The notes beneath the pieces are model-generated. The model was not told the origin of the DNA, made no database searches, and saw only the letters and a list, made by a program, of their open reading frames with translations. This document shows positions 29,933 through 38,203 of a stretch of 64,000 bases of DNA, piece by piece. The DNA lies in NCBI GenBank assembly GCA_037139975.1, contig JBAXFJ010000002.1, positions 90,099 through 154,098 on the forward strand. The letters run 5' to 3'. This DNA is from a bacterium. GTDB taxonomy: Bacteria > Patescibacteriota > Minisyncoccia > Phycocordibacterales > SBAW01. Position numbers and translations under genes: made by a program. Every line of letters begins with the position of its first letter. The first letter of the stretch is position 1.

Positions 29933-30967
29933 TTAACGATTAAGCAGTTGCATGATGGCATCGTACGCCGCCTCGTCTTCTTTTGCCTTTGGGTCTTCCA
30001 ACCCACTGGCGATCGCCGTTATATCACGCTCGAGTGCGCTTTTATGCGCTTCGAGGTGTTCGAGCGTCGACATGACCTCGAGACGCTCTTGCGTGAGATC
30101 AAGCCAGCGCTGGTGGTGAGACCGACGCGACTTCACGCGTTCCGACAAGGCTTCAAATTTCTTCTCGAGCTCTGTCGGTTCGACAACAGGCGTCAGCACG
30201 ACTTCGGCGACATCGGTTTCCACCGACGCCGTTTCGATTCCTTTGGACTTATCCGTCCTCAGTTCAAGAAACTTGTCGGCCGGGATGCGATATCCCCCGC
30301 TAATCTTTTCGAGCACCTTGCGCTGTGTAAATTGATACAAAGCATTAGATGCAGAGTTTCCTGTAGAAGGAAAATTAAACTCCACCCGCAGAACACTGAG
30401 ACAATCAGTGGCTGCGACTTCACCGTTTTGGTTTGCCTTGCTGGCAATTTCCAAAAGAAACAACTCGATATTCTCAGTGTTCCTCATGAGTGTCGCCAGC
30501 GGCCCAGTCCCACGTTTCGCATATAGATCATCTGATGAACCTGACACTGGTGCTGGCACTGACGCGTTCAGTATCTTCGTCAGAACCGCATCTACGTCGG
30601 GATTTCCGTCGTGCATGATCTTCTCCTTTTCTTCTGTTGTGTTTTGGGCTTTCAAAGAGCTCTTGAGAAGTGCGTACAGATCATTGACCTGCATGTCTTT
30701 GCGAACACGGAGCAATACTTTTTTATATTGCCCAGCAGTACTTCTCCATAGAACAGGCACTCCGCGAGCAGTTGGTGAAAATATATGCATCCCAGAAACG
30801 CGAGGCAACTTGCCCTTATGGGCAATGGGAATTAATCTTATATCCCCTAAGAGCCCAGCAGTTTTGCAGAGATGCTCCAACTTACTCGTGAGCTCTTCTG
30901 CGGGTTGTTTGAGACGCCCATTGTCCCCAGCAGCTGTAAAGACTAAACGCAGTGGCGTGTCGGTCAC
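29933..30967 (-). CDS. hypothetical protein (344 aa, GTG start), first gene of the cassette; C-terminal coiled-coil
   Basis: 'AAAAAGGAGTGAGAGA-GTG' SD. No recognisable catalytic motif. C-terminal 80 aa is helical and charged, with 'RVKSRRSHHQRW'. Confidence 0.55.
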   Translation of the reverse strand: MTDTPLRLVFTAAGDNGRLKQPAEELTSKLEHLCKTAGLLGDIRLIPIAHKGKLPRVSGMHIFSPTARGVPVLWRSTAGQYKKVLLRVRKDMQVNDLYALLKSSLKAQNTTEEKEKIMHDGNPDVDAVLTKILNASVPAPVSGSSDDLYAKRGTGPLATLMRNTENIELFLLEIASKANQNGEVAATDCLSVLRVEFNFPSTGNSASNALYQFTQRKVLEKISGGYRIPADKFLELRTDKSKGIETASVETDVAEVVLTPVVEPTELEKKFEALSERVKSRRSHHQRWLDLTQERLEVMSTLEHLEAHKSALERDITAIASGLEDPKAKEDEAAYDAIMQLLNR

Positions 30968-31072
30968 TCTCTCACTCCTTTTTTACTGTTGCGATGCTCC
31001 TAGTCCACGAAAGATATTACCTATACACATGTGATTTGTCAAGTTTTTCTATTTCTTTGTGGTTTGAGTTTT

Positions 31073-31101
31073 TTGACATTTTCTGATAGTATCGTTTTAT
31101 C
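31073..31101 (+). promoter_or_regulatory. possible promoter for the M13 peptidase gene (TTGACA ... TTTTAT)
   Basis: Consensus -35 TTGACA with a weak -10 about 16 nt downstream, in the divergent 150-bp gap. Confidence 0.25.
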
Positions 31102-31117
31102 TAGAGAGACATACAAT

Positions 31118-33106
31118 ATGGCAAAGCAACATTGGGGATTTAATGTCAATAGTATCGATACGGGCGTCCGACCACAGGACGATTTTTATAGCTATGCCAA
31201 CGGCGGCTGGCTCAAGGCAAACACCATACCCCTTGACGAATCGCGTTGGGGTACGTTTACTATGCTCCGCGTCAAGACCGAGCACCAGCTCAAAGAAATT
31301 CTCTCCGATATTTTAAAAAACTTGCCGGCCGGCAAGGTGGGGAAAGCGTATACAAAGGGTTCACCTGAACAACTTATCGGTGATTTTTACCGCTCGGCGG
31401 CAGACATGAAAAAGCGCAACGCGCTGGGGAGCCGCCCACTCGCACCTTGGCTCAAAGAGATCCACGCCATCAAAACCCAAAAAGACCTACAGCGCGTCAT
31501 CGGGCTTTTTCACAGCGTGGGCATCGTCGTGCCGTGGGATTTTTGCATTGACCAAGACTCAAAAAACAGCGGCCGCTACTTGCTGCACTTGATGCAAGAC
31601 GGCATCGGCCTTCCCGAGCGCGAATACTACCTGAGCGACGCACCCGAGCAAAAGCGCGTGCGCGAGGCATACATACAACATATAGAAAGAATCCTCACCC
31701 TCTCGGGCATGAAAAAACCCGATGTGGTAAACGCTGTGTCGGTGGTGATGAAGATTGAAACCATGCTTGCCCGTGCCTCGATGAAAAAAGAGGACACCCG
31801 CGATGCAGAAAAGGTGTACCACAAACGCACCGTGAGCCAGCTCAAAAAAGAAGTGCCCGAAATTGCCTGGGAGCCATATTTCATGCGCATGGGCGCGGGG
31901 CGCATCCACGAGGTCATTGTCGCGCAACCCGAGTTTTTGAAAGTTGTGGGCAAAATGCTCACCACCATCCCCCTTTCAGAGTGGCAGGTCTACCTGGAGT
32001 GGCACATCACCAACAGCTGCTCGTCGCTCCTCTCTGACGCGTTTGGGCGTGCGGCGTTCGACTTCTATGGCAAGGTTTTGACCGGCTCGGGCAAACGTCG
32101 CGCGCCGTGGCGTCGCGCACTGGGCTCAGTCAACGGCAATTTGGGCGAGGCATTGGGCAAACTCTATGTCCAGCACCACTTCCCCCAGGGGGCTAAGCGT
32201 CGCATGGAATTGTTGGTTGCTGACTTGTTTGCGGCATATGAAAAGCGCATCAAAGCGCTCGACTGGATGCTGCCCTCAACAAAAAAGAAAGCCCTGCAAA
32301 AGCTGCGCGCTATGAATAAAAAGATTGGCTACCCAACCAAGTTTGAGAACTACCGCGGTGTCACCATCCGCCCTGACGACTTTTTTGGCAACACATTCCG
32401 CGCGCAGGCGTATGAACACAAAAAAGCGATGCGCCGGTTGCATAAACCCGTTGATAAAAAAGAGTGGCTCATGACTCCACAAACGGTCAATGCCTATTGC
32501 CACTTTAACCTCAACGAGATCGTCTTCCCTGCTGCCATCCTCCAAGCGCCATTTTTCGACAAAGACGCTGACGACGCGGTCAATTATGGGGCCATCGGCG
32601 CAGTCATCGGCCACGAAATCACCCACGGCTTTGACGACCAAGGCTGCAAGTTTGATGGTCGCGGCAACATGAGCCCGTGGTGGTCCAAAAAAGACGCCGA
32701 GCGCTTTGGCACAAAAGCCAAAGTGGTGGTCAAGCAATTTAATGAATATGTCGCAGCGCCGGGCGTGCATGTCAACGGACAACTTACCCTGGGGGAAAAC
32801 ATCGCCGACCTTGGCGGTGCATCCATCGCTTTTGACGCATACCTCGAGCGACTCAAAAAAACAGATCGTGAGGACATTGATGGCTTCACCCCCGAACAGC
32901 GCTTTTTCTTGGGGTTTGCTCAGGCAGAGCGCGAGCTTGCCCGCCCCGAGTTCACCAAGATGCAGGCACTCACCGACCCGCACTCGGTTGCCTACACCCG
33001 CGTCAACGGCCCCCTCTCAAACCTCGAGAGTTTCTACAAAGCCTTTGATGTGAAAAAAGGCGACACACTCTACCGCGAGCCAAACAAGCGCGCCAAGATT
33101 TGGTAA
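31118..33106 (+). CDS. pepO: M13 family zinc metallopeptidase (neprilysin/PepO-like)
   Basis: 'VIGHEITHGFDD' HExxH and 'ENIADLGG' downstream Glu motif. Start at 'MAKQHWGF'; the longer ORF from 31031 is unlikely. Confidence 0.88.
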   Translation: MAKQHWGFNVNSIDTGVRPQDDFYSYANGGWLKANTIPLDESRWGTFTMLRVKTEHQLKEILSDILKNLPAGKVGKAYTKGSPEQLIGDFYRSAADMKKRNALGSRPLAPWLKEIHAIKTQKDLQRVIGLFHSVGIVVPWDFCIDQDSKNSGRYLLHLMQDGIGLPEREYYLSDAPEQKRVREAYIQHIERILTLSGMKKPDVVNAVSVVMKIETMLARASMKKEDTRDAEKVYHKRTVSQLKKEVPEIAWEPYFMRMGAGRIHEVIVAQPEFLKVVGKMLTTIPLSEWQVYLEWHITNSCSSLLSDAFGRAAFDFYGKVLTGSGKRRAPWRRALGSVNGNLGEALGKLYVQHHFPQGAKRRMELLVADLFAAYEKRIKALDWMLPSTKKKALQKLRAMNKKIGYPTKFENYRGVTIRPDDFFGNTFRAQAYEHKKAMRRLHKPVDKKEWLMTPQTVNAYCHFNLNEIVFPAAILQAPFFDKDADDAVNYGAIGAVIGHEITHGFDDQGCKFDGRGNMSPWWSKKDAERFGTKAKVVVKQFNEYVAAPGVHVNGQLTLGENIADLGGASIAFDAYLERLKKTDREDIDGFTPEQRFFLGFAQAERELARPEFTKMQALTDPHSVAYTRVNGPLSNLESFYKAFDVKKGDTLYREPNKRAKIW

Positions 33107-33114
33107 TTAGTTCG

Positions 33115-33477
33115 CTATCGGACCTTTGTGCCCTGATGGAAAACCATTTGCCAGCGATCATCTCGTTCTACCCAAACAGAACTCCTGCGTGTAGACACAG
33201 TTGTTGTGTTATCTGAATCTAACATTGTAGCCGTATAAGTAACGAGCACAACATTTGAAGCAAGTTCTTTTGCATTAAACTCGGATACATCTATTTGCAA
33301 ATCAAATTGTTCTCCTTCTAAGCCATCCAAAGTGTCTTGTTTATTAAAAACACCTCCTGACTTTCCAAATTCCACGAAGTCATCTGCGATTAACTCATCT
33401 ACTCGACCGCGTGAGTTTCTAACTTCTTTTTTATGAAGACTTGTTTCAAGTTCTAAAAATACTTGTTGCTGTTCCAT
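33115..33477 (-). CDS. DUF4440/SnoaL-like (NTF2 fold) domain protein
   Basis: 'LIADDFVEFGKSGGVFNKQDTL' pattern typical of DUF4440. Confidence 0.5.
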   Translation of the reverse strand: MEQQQVFLELETSLHKKEVRNSRGRVDELIADDFVEFGKSGGVFNKQDTLDGLEGEQFDLQIDVSEFNAKELASNVVLVTYTATMLDSDNTTTVSTRRSSVWVERDDRWQMVFHQGTKVR

Positions 33478-33491
33478 AGTCGTATGGTGAT

Positions 33492-33770
33492 TTAAATATG
33501 CAACTCCTCTTCTATTTTAGAAACACGAGCCTCAAGCGCGCTGTGGCGCTCAAAATTTGAGTCGAGCCCGCGCTGAACACCTTCGATTTTGCCATTAGTC
33601 ATTTCAAAATTTTGCATCATTTCTGATCTTAATCCTCCAATCTTACTTTCAAGCTCATTCTCAAGCTCTTCCTTTGTTACAAGCTTAGTCTCTATGTACT
33701 CTTTAATACCGCCTATTATCTCCACCAAGTCGTGGATATCTTGTTTAAATTCCTTAAGGTCGTCTGACAT
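33492..33770 (-). CDS. small coiled-coil protein (hypothetical)
   Basis: 92 aa, heptad-like E/K/L-rich sequence, coding-like. Confidence 0.4.
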   Translation of the reverse strand: MSDDLKEFKQDIHDLVEIIGGIKEYIETKLVTKEELENELESKIGGLRSEMMQNFEMTNGKIEGVQRGLDSNFERHSALEARVSKIEEELHI

Positions 33771-33836
33771 GGCCTAAAGTATACCATAACGGTACTAACG
33801 CCAAAGTTATTCATGACTATCTGTGTATATAAAGTT

Positions 33837-34508
33837 TTATGATAACCAATCTATCGCCTTTTTACCGTTTTTTTCTAAATACTCATTCGCTTTTTTGAAG
33901 TGCCCGCATCCAAAGAAGCCACTATGGGCAGAAAAGGGCGAAGGGTGGGCAGCTTCTAATACCAAATGTTTTGTGCGGTCTATGTGTGCGCCTTTTTGTT
34001 TGGCATAATTGCCCCAGAGCATGAATACTAGATTCTCTCTTTTTTCTGAAAGTGCTTTGACCACTGCGTCGGTAAACTCTTCCCAGCCTTTGTGTTGATG
34101 CGAGCCAGGGCTATGGGCACGCACGGTTAAAGTCGCGTTTAAAAGCAGCACGCCCTGCTTTGCCCAACGCGATAAATCGCCGCTTTTGTTTTGCATTGGC
34201 TCGCCATACTCCTTTTCAATTTCTTTAAAAATATTTTGGAGCGAAGGCGGGAGCACCACCTCCTCGCCCACTGCAAAGCACAGGCCGTTGGCTTGGCCCG
34301 CGCCGTGGTACGGGTCCTGGCCTAAAATTACCACCTCAACTTTTTCAAAGGGGCAGAGCTCGAAGGCGTTAAAAATATTTTTGGGCATTGGATACACCAC
34401 CCCGCTTTTGTATTCTTGTCTTACAAAACTCGCCAATTCCCCAAAATAAGGCTTTTCAAATTCATCGCCTATCTGCTGCTTCCATGACTCATTAATATTC
34501 ACTTCCAT
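33837..34508 (-). CDS. ung: uracil-DNA glycosylase (family 1)
   Basis: 'VVILGQDPYHGAGQANGLCFAV' and 'HPSPFSAHSGF' UDG motifs. Confidence 0.92.
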   Translation of the reverse strand: MEVNINESWKQQIGDEFEKPYFGELASFVRQEYKSGVVYPMPKNIFNAFELCPFEKVEVVILGQDPYHGAGQANGLCFAVGEEVVLPPSLQNIFKEIEKEYGEPMQNKSGDLSRWAKQGVLLLNATLTVRAHSPGSHQHKGWEEFTDAVVKALSEKRENLVFMLWGNYAKQKGAHIDRTKHLVLEAAHPSPFSAHSGFFGCGHFKKANEYLEKNGKKAIDWLS

Positions 34509-34574
34509 GGCCTTAGTATATTCTTATTTTGAGCCACAAAACAGCTATCCACAGGCTTGGTTGTTAGCACTGAC

Positions 34575-34602
34575 TTGACAATAATGTATATAACTGTATA
34601 AT
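34575..34602 (+). promoter_or_regulatory. near-consensus sigma70 promoter on the plus strand (TTGACA-N16-TATAAT, TG adjacent to the -10)
   Basis: Read directly: 'cTTGACAataatgtatataactgTATAATc'. Nothing annotated downstream on the plus strand except the antisense region of ogt. Confidence 0.5.
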
Positions 34603-34609
34603 CTTGCTA

Positions 34610-34874
34610 GATGTGCTGCAGTGAGCAGCGCTGAAACACCCCGAGGAGGGTTAAATGCGTAAATCAAGTTTCGGCCATCACCGTCTCGCCTCCCAAAAAG
34701 AGGCGTACGAGGCGACAAAGCGTCGCCCCATGAACAGGGCGAGGCCGCTGCTTCAGCGACGGCCTGCGAACAAAAAAGCGCCTAGGCGCACAAGGGGCAG
34801 CACCACGGTGCTGCCCCTCAACATTTCTATATATGCACCCCCTCATCTCGCAGCAGTGCGAGTTTTTTGTTTGC
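34610..34874 (+). ncRNA. candidate ~265-nt structured small RNA or short-ORF transcript antisense to the ogt 3' end
   Basis: Bounded by the consensus promoter at 34575-34602 and a plus-strand intrinsic terminator at 34847-34874 (CTCGCAGCAGTGCGAG + TTTTTTGTTTG). Contains GC hairpins GGCGAC..GTCGCC, GCGCCTAGGCGC and GGGGCAGCA..TGCTGCCCC, and an SD 'GAGGAGGG' before an ATG at 34655. Confidence 0.35.
34768..34819 (-). terminator. intrinsic terminator of ogt (minus strand: GGGGCAGCA-loop-TGCTGCCCC then GCGCCTAGGCGC + TTTTTTGTT)
   Basis: Two consecutive perfect hairpins and a U-tract just downstream of the ogt stop. Confidence 0.55.
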
Positions 34875-35210
34875 CCCACCCCGGTTATAGCCAGAGGGTT
34901 TGCCGTCAGAGCGGATGACGCGGTGACACGGCACTGTTGGATTAAAGTTATGAGACATAATCATCCCCACCGCGCGCGCCGCGTTTGGTTTGCCCGCTTT
35001 GCCCGCCACCTGCTTATAGGTCATCGTTTTGCCTTTGGGGATTTTGGCAACGATTGCATACACACGTGCTGCAAACGCACTTTGAAACACTTTTTTCTTG
35101 GGCGCTTTTTCTGGTTTCACCATTCCTGCAGCAGAGCTGCTAGAAAAGTTGACTGGTCGTTTCTGTTGCATCTTTATAGTTTTCTTTCTTAGCAATCTTT
35201 TTTGGCACAA
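34827..35210 (-). CDS. ogt: methylated-DNA--protein-cysteine methyltransferase (DNA-binding/active-site domain only)
   Basis: 'VPCHRVIRSDGKPSGYNRG' active-site PCHRV motif. Basic N-terminal tail. Start ambiguous: 35210, 35171 or 35126; 35210 overlaps the upstream nuclease by 71 nt. Confidence 0.8.
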   Translation of the reverse strand: MCQKRLLRKKTIKMQQKRPVNFSSSSAAGMVKPEKAPKKKVFQSAFAARVYAIVAKIPKGKTMTYKQVAGKAGKPNAARAVGMIMSHNFNPTVPCHRVIRSDGKPSGYNRGGANKKLALLRDEGVHI

Positions 35211-36006
35211 ACGAAGGGGTTGCTTGCTGTTGCGATTGAGTCAACCCTCCCCCGCCCGGGAGCACCGAGGCGACCGCTTCACGGTATTTGCAATAGTCAC
35301 AGTCTCCCCCCGCAGCGGGTAGAGCGCTGCTGTCGAGGCACGCTTTCAGTTGCACCAAGACGCCATCCACCCAGTCGGTTGAGCCTTTGTACGGCACCAG
35401 GGTGAGTTCGAAATCAAGCCGCCCATCGAACACCTCGCGGTCACGGGTCGCATTGGCATAAAACCAATACCCCATGTCGGACACCTTGAAACCGTTCTGG
35501 CGAAGCAGCCATTGGTATATCTCGAGCTGGCGTTTGTAGCCCCGATGCCACTCTTCATCGAGCGACTCTATCTTCCCGTCTTTGCTGGTCGCTTTATAAT
35601 CAATGACAATCAACTCTCCCGCTGTATTGACCCAAATGTCGTCAACGCCTCCGCGCACCATGAGGCCAGTTTCTTTGTGCAGATGCCGCACGCCCTGACT
35701 GAGCGCATTTCGCCACTCGTCCATCTGCGCATGCGCAAGTGGGACGGCATCGAGGCCATAGGCTTTGGCGAGTGGGTGCTGGGTGCCCTGCGCACGGTGT
35801 ACATCAAGCTCTTTTTTGAGCAATGCATCAACCGCACTGTTGAGGTTGAATGGATAGCCCGGTGGCCGCGCCACACCCAACCTGTTGTCAAGATAAAAAC
35901 ACCGAGCACACTCCATGAAGAGGTCTATTTTTGAGCGAGAAAGGGTCCACTTTGCCCCGCCGTAGCTATAATTTGGATTTCTATGTGGTTTGTAATACTG
36001 ACTCAA
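35140..36006 (-). CDS. PD-(D/E)XK nuclease family protein with Fe-S-type cysteines (Cas4/RecB-nuclease-like, stand-alone)
   Basis: 'GGVDDIWVNTAGELIVIDYK' D...D/E-x-K core and 'QLEIYQWLL' QxxxY motif. N-terminal 'ECARC' and C-terminal 'C-x13-C-x2-C' cysteines as in Cas4/AddB nuclease domains. Confidence 0.6.
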   Translation of the reverse strand: MSQYYKPHRNPNYSYGGAKWTLSRSKIDLFMECARCFYLDNRLGVARPPGYPFNLNSAVDALLKKELDVHRAQGTQHPLAKAYGLDAVPLAHAQMDEWRNALSQGVRHLHKETGLMVRGGVDDIWVNTAGELIVIDYKATSKDGKIESLDEEWHRGYKRQLEIYQWLLRQNGFKVSDMGYWFYANATRDREVFDGRLDFELTLVPYKGSTDWVDGVLVQLKACLDSSALPAAGGDCDYCKYREAVASVLPGGGGLTQSQQQATPSFVPKKIAKKENYKDATETTSQLF

Positions 36007-36048
36007 AGTAATAGTAGTGTACCCTATGTGTCCTCTGGTTGGCGAGTG

Positions 36049-36771
36049 TTAGTTGGTTTGGAATGTCGTCAGAAGCACGTTGCCCTGCGCATCTTTAACC
36101 TGTGGGTCGCCATGGAGTGTGAAGACCTTGTCGCCATCATCGACAGACTCACCCACAAAGTAGGTTTGGCCTGCAACAGTTGCACGCAACAGTGGAATTG
36201 TATTGGAATCAACACCCGGCAAAAACAACCCAGTACCAAGCGCGTTGCCCTGCACCCCACCATTGTCTTGATAGACCACAAACCATGTAGGAACAGACAC
36301 CGACACATTCGACACCTGCACCTCTGTGCCCGCAGGTTGAGGAGAAGCAACAGTAATTGGAAGCACACCACTTACGACGACTGGGGCGTTTGCTGCAATT
36401 ATTGCCTTGTCTTCCACACCTCCGCTATTTTTATCTTTCCCTGTATCTGCGTCTGTAGCGAGCGCTGACGAACCCGTGATACTGACAACTCCTTCTGACT
36501 TGTGCCGCAGCGCAACCATGCCCCACACTGCAACAATACAAAGCGCGAAAATACCAATAATTATACTTGCTGTCTTAAAACCACTTTGCGTGACAGGAGC
36601 AGGCATCGTGGTTGATGTTGTCACGATTGGTTGTGCGGTTGGTTGTGCGGTTGGTTTTTGTGATACTGCTGGCTGCGACCAGGTAAGCGTTGGCTTACTG
36701 CTTTGATTATTCTGATTACTCTGGCTACCTTGACCACTCTGACCGTTCTGATTGCTAGGCTTATCTTCCAT
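36049..36771 (-). CDS. membrane-anchored protein with Q/N/S-rich N-terminus (hypothetical)
   Basis: Low-complexity 'SNQNGQSGQGSQSNQNNQ' N-terminus, single TM 'IIIGIFALCIVAVWGMVAL', then an extracytoplasmic domain. Confidence 0.45.
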   Translation of the reverse strand: MEDKPSNQNGQSGQGSQSNQNNQSSKPTLTWSQPAVSQKPTAQPTAQPIVTTSTTMPAPVTQSGFKTASIIIGIFALCIVAVWGMVALRHKSEGVVSITGSSALATDADTGKDKNSGGVEDKAIIAANAPVVVSGVLPITVASPQPAGTEVQVSNVSVSVPTWFVVYQDNGGVQGNALGTGLFLPGVDSNTIPLLRATVAGQTYFVGESVDDGDKVFTLHGDPQVKDAQGNVLLTTFQTN

Positions 36772-36798
36772 ACATCTTGTGCTAAGTAATAAGTCTGA

Positions 36799-37650
36799 TT
36801 ATATATCGTTTCCTGGGACGCACAATGCCTCCACCTCTTGGAGCACCATGTCTGCTTTTTTTCCACGCACCCCAACCCGCGCAAGAGCGTCTGTGTCATG
36901 CGGCAAATCATTGCAAAGCACCTTTTTTTGTTCAAGCAGAGCCGTTTTTTGCTTTTTTGTCAGAGTGGTCAACGCAGTGATGGGGTAGAGCTTTGCGGCG
37001 TCGATGCGGTCGTGCAGATTGCCTTTCTCGGGATATTCCCATCCCAGCAGCTCGAGCCCGCGACAGGTAGCATACTGAATCGCCTTAGTCGTGAACTTGG
37101 TGTTCGTCACCACCAGCCCGCCTATTGTTTCGTGGGGCAGAGTTTTTTGTATATCATCAATGCGCGCCGACACATACAGCACCGTTTTAAGGTCAGTTTT
37201 GAAGCCTGCACTGTTATGAAATTTTGCTTCAACAAATGTTTTGATACCGCCTTTCTGCATGACCACGTCGACTTCATGTTCCACACACGCGCCCTGTACG
37301 ATCTGGTCGATGGTGGCGGTATACCCTTCGCGGCGAAAGAGCTCGGCTAGATAGGCTTCAAATGGAAAGCCCGAAGGCCCAAAGTCGAGTACGGCACGCT
37401 TGAGCGAGTAGCGTGCCGCAACCCCTTGCCGATGCTCGCGCAAGTGTGTAAACGCACGGTGGTAGATCTCGCTGGTGGTGACGCCAGGATACAACTCTCT
37501 TTCTATCTCCTCGCCAATGAGCGCCACCATTTCAGGCGTGGCTCCCACTCGCGCAAGCGAAGCGTGCAACTTGGCTAGGTCAAAAGGCTCTGCTATTCCA
37601 TCGGCCTTGACCACTAATGTTGGCCTGTACACAGTGTTGTTATTTTGCAT
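36799..37650 (-). CDS. ATP-cone domain fused to Mrr-type restriction endonuclease (PD-(D/E)XK) domain
   Basis: N-terminal 'LVVKADGIAEPFDLAKLHASLARVGATPEMV' ATP-cone (NrdR-like). Central 'FEAYLAELFRREGYTATIDQIVQGACVEHEVDVVMQKGGIKTFVEAKFH' matches the Mrr_cat core. Confidence 0.55.
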   Translation of the reverse strand: MQNNNTVYRPTLVVKADGIAEPFDLAKLHASLARVGATPEMVALIGEEIERELYPGVTTSEIYHRAFTHLREHRQGVAARYSLKRAVLDFGPSGFPFEAYLAELFRREGYTATIDQIVQGACVEHEVDVVMQKGGIKTFVEAKFHNSAGFKTDLKTVLYVSARIDDIQKTLPHETIGGLVVTNTKFTTKAIQYATCRGLELLGWEYPEKGNLHDRIDAAKLYPITALTTLTKKQKTALLEQKKVLCNDLPHDTDALARVGVRGKKADMVLQEVEALCVPGNDI

Positions 37651-38173
37651 TTCCTTTTATAACAGAAAACGAAACGGGGGTATCGTTAATAGTGATTCCT
37701 GCAAGTGAAGGTGAGTGAGTCGTAGGGCTCGCATATGATATAAGGAATGGCGTCGTTGAGGTACCTGCATCTGTACATGCACCGTCCGCTGCTTTGGTAA
37801 CACGAAATACCAACGCAAGCGTCACTGAACGTGTGCCGGTTGTTGAGACACCCGTTGAAAACATGTCGCAATTGGGGAGCGCTAATTCGCCTTGGTAGGT
37901 TTCCACACCCTGTTTGGAGCTGTGCTTTATAGTTATCCTGCGCGGCAACACATAGTTTGGGTCGGCTGCTGCAACCGGCTCTGTTTGGCGCAAAAGTGTT
38001 GTAGTGGGGGGTGGCTGTGGCGTCGAAGTGCGAGGCACAAAGACCACAACAAACCACCACAAAACAAGCACCAAGAGCATCAACATAATGAGCAGTAAGG
38101 AGCTTTGGTGTTTATGTGCCCGTTTCAGATGGCGCTGTATATGACGCTTCACACTGAAAGTATACCGCTTCAC
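37640..38173 (-). CDS. membrane-anchored hypothetical protein
   Basis: Basic N-terminus, one TM 'LLLIMLMLLVLVLWWFVVVF', Pro/Thr-rich linker. Overlaps the downstream gene by 11 nt. Confidence 0.4.
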   Translation of the reverse strand: MKRYTFSVKRHIQRHLKRAHKHQSSLLLIMLMLLVLVLWWFVVVFVPRTSTPQPPPTTTLLRQTEPVAAADPNYVLPRRITIKHSSKQGVETYQGELALPNCDMFSTGVSTTGTRSVTLALVFRVTKAADGACTDAGTSTTPFLISYASPTTHSPSLAGITINDTPVSFSVIKGNAK

Positions 38174-38203
38174 CAGCCCCGTGTACGCATACTTATCAAC
38201 ACA

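Noticed and set aside
34655-34918. 87-aa plus-strand ORF with strong SD (GAGGAGGG) antisense to ogt
   Set aside because: The ORF is extremely Arg/Lys/Pro-rich, like reverse-complement noise, and reads straight through a well-formed plus-strand intrinsic terminator before reaching its stop. I treat the locus as a candidate sRNA or short-peptide transcript instead.
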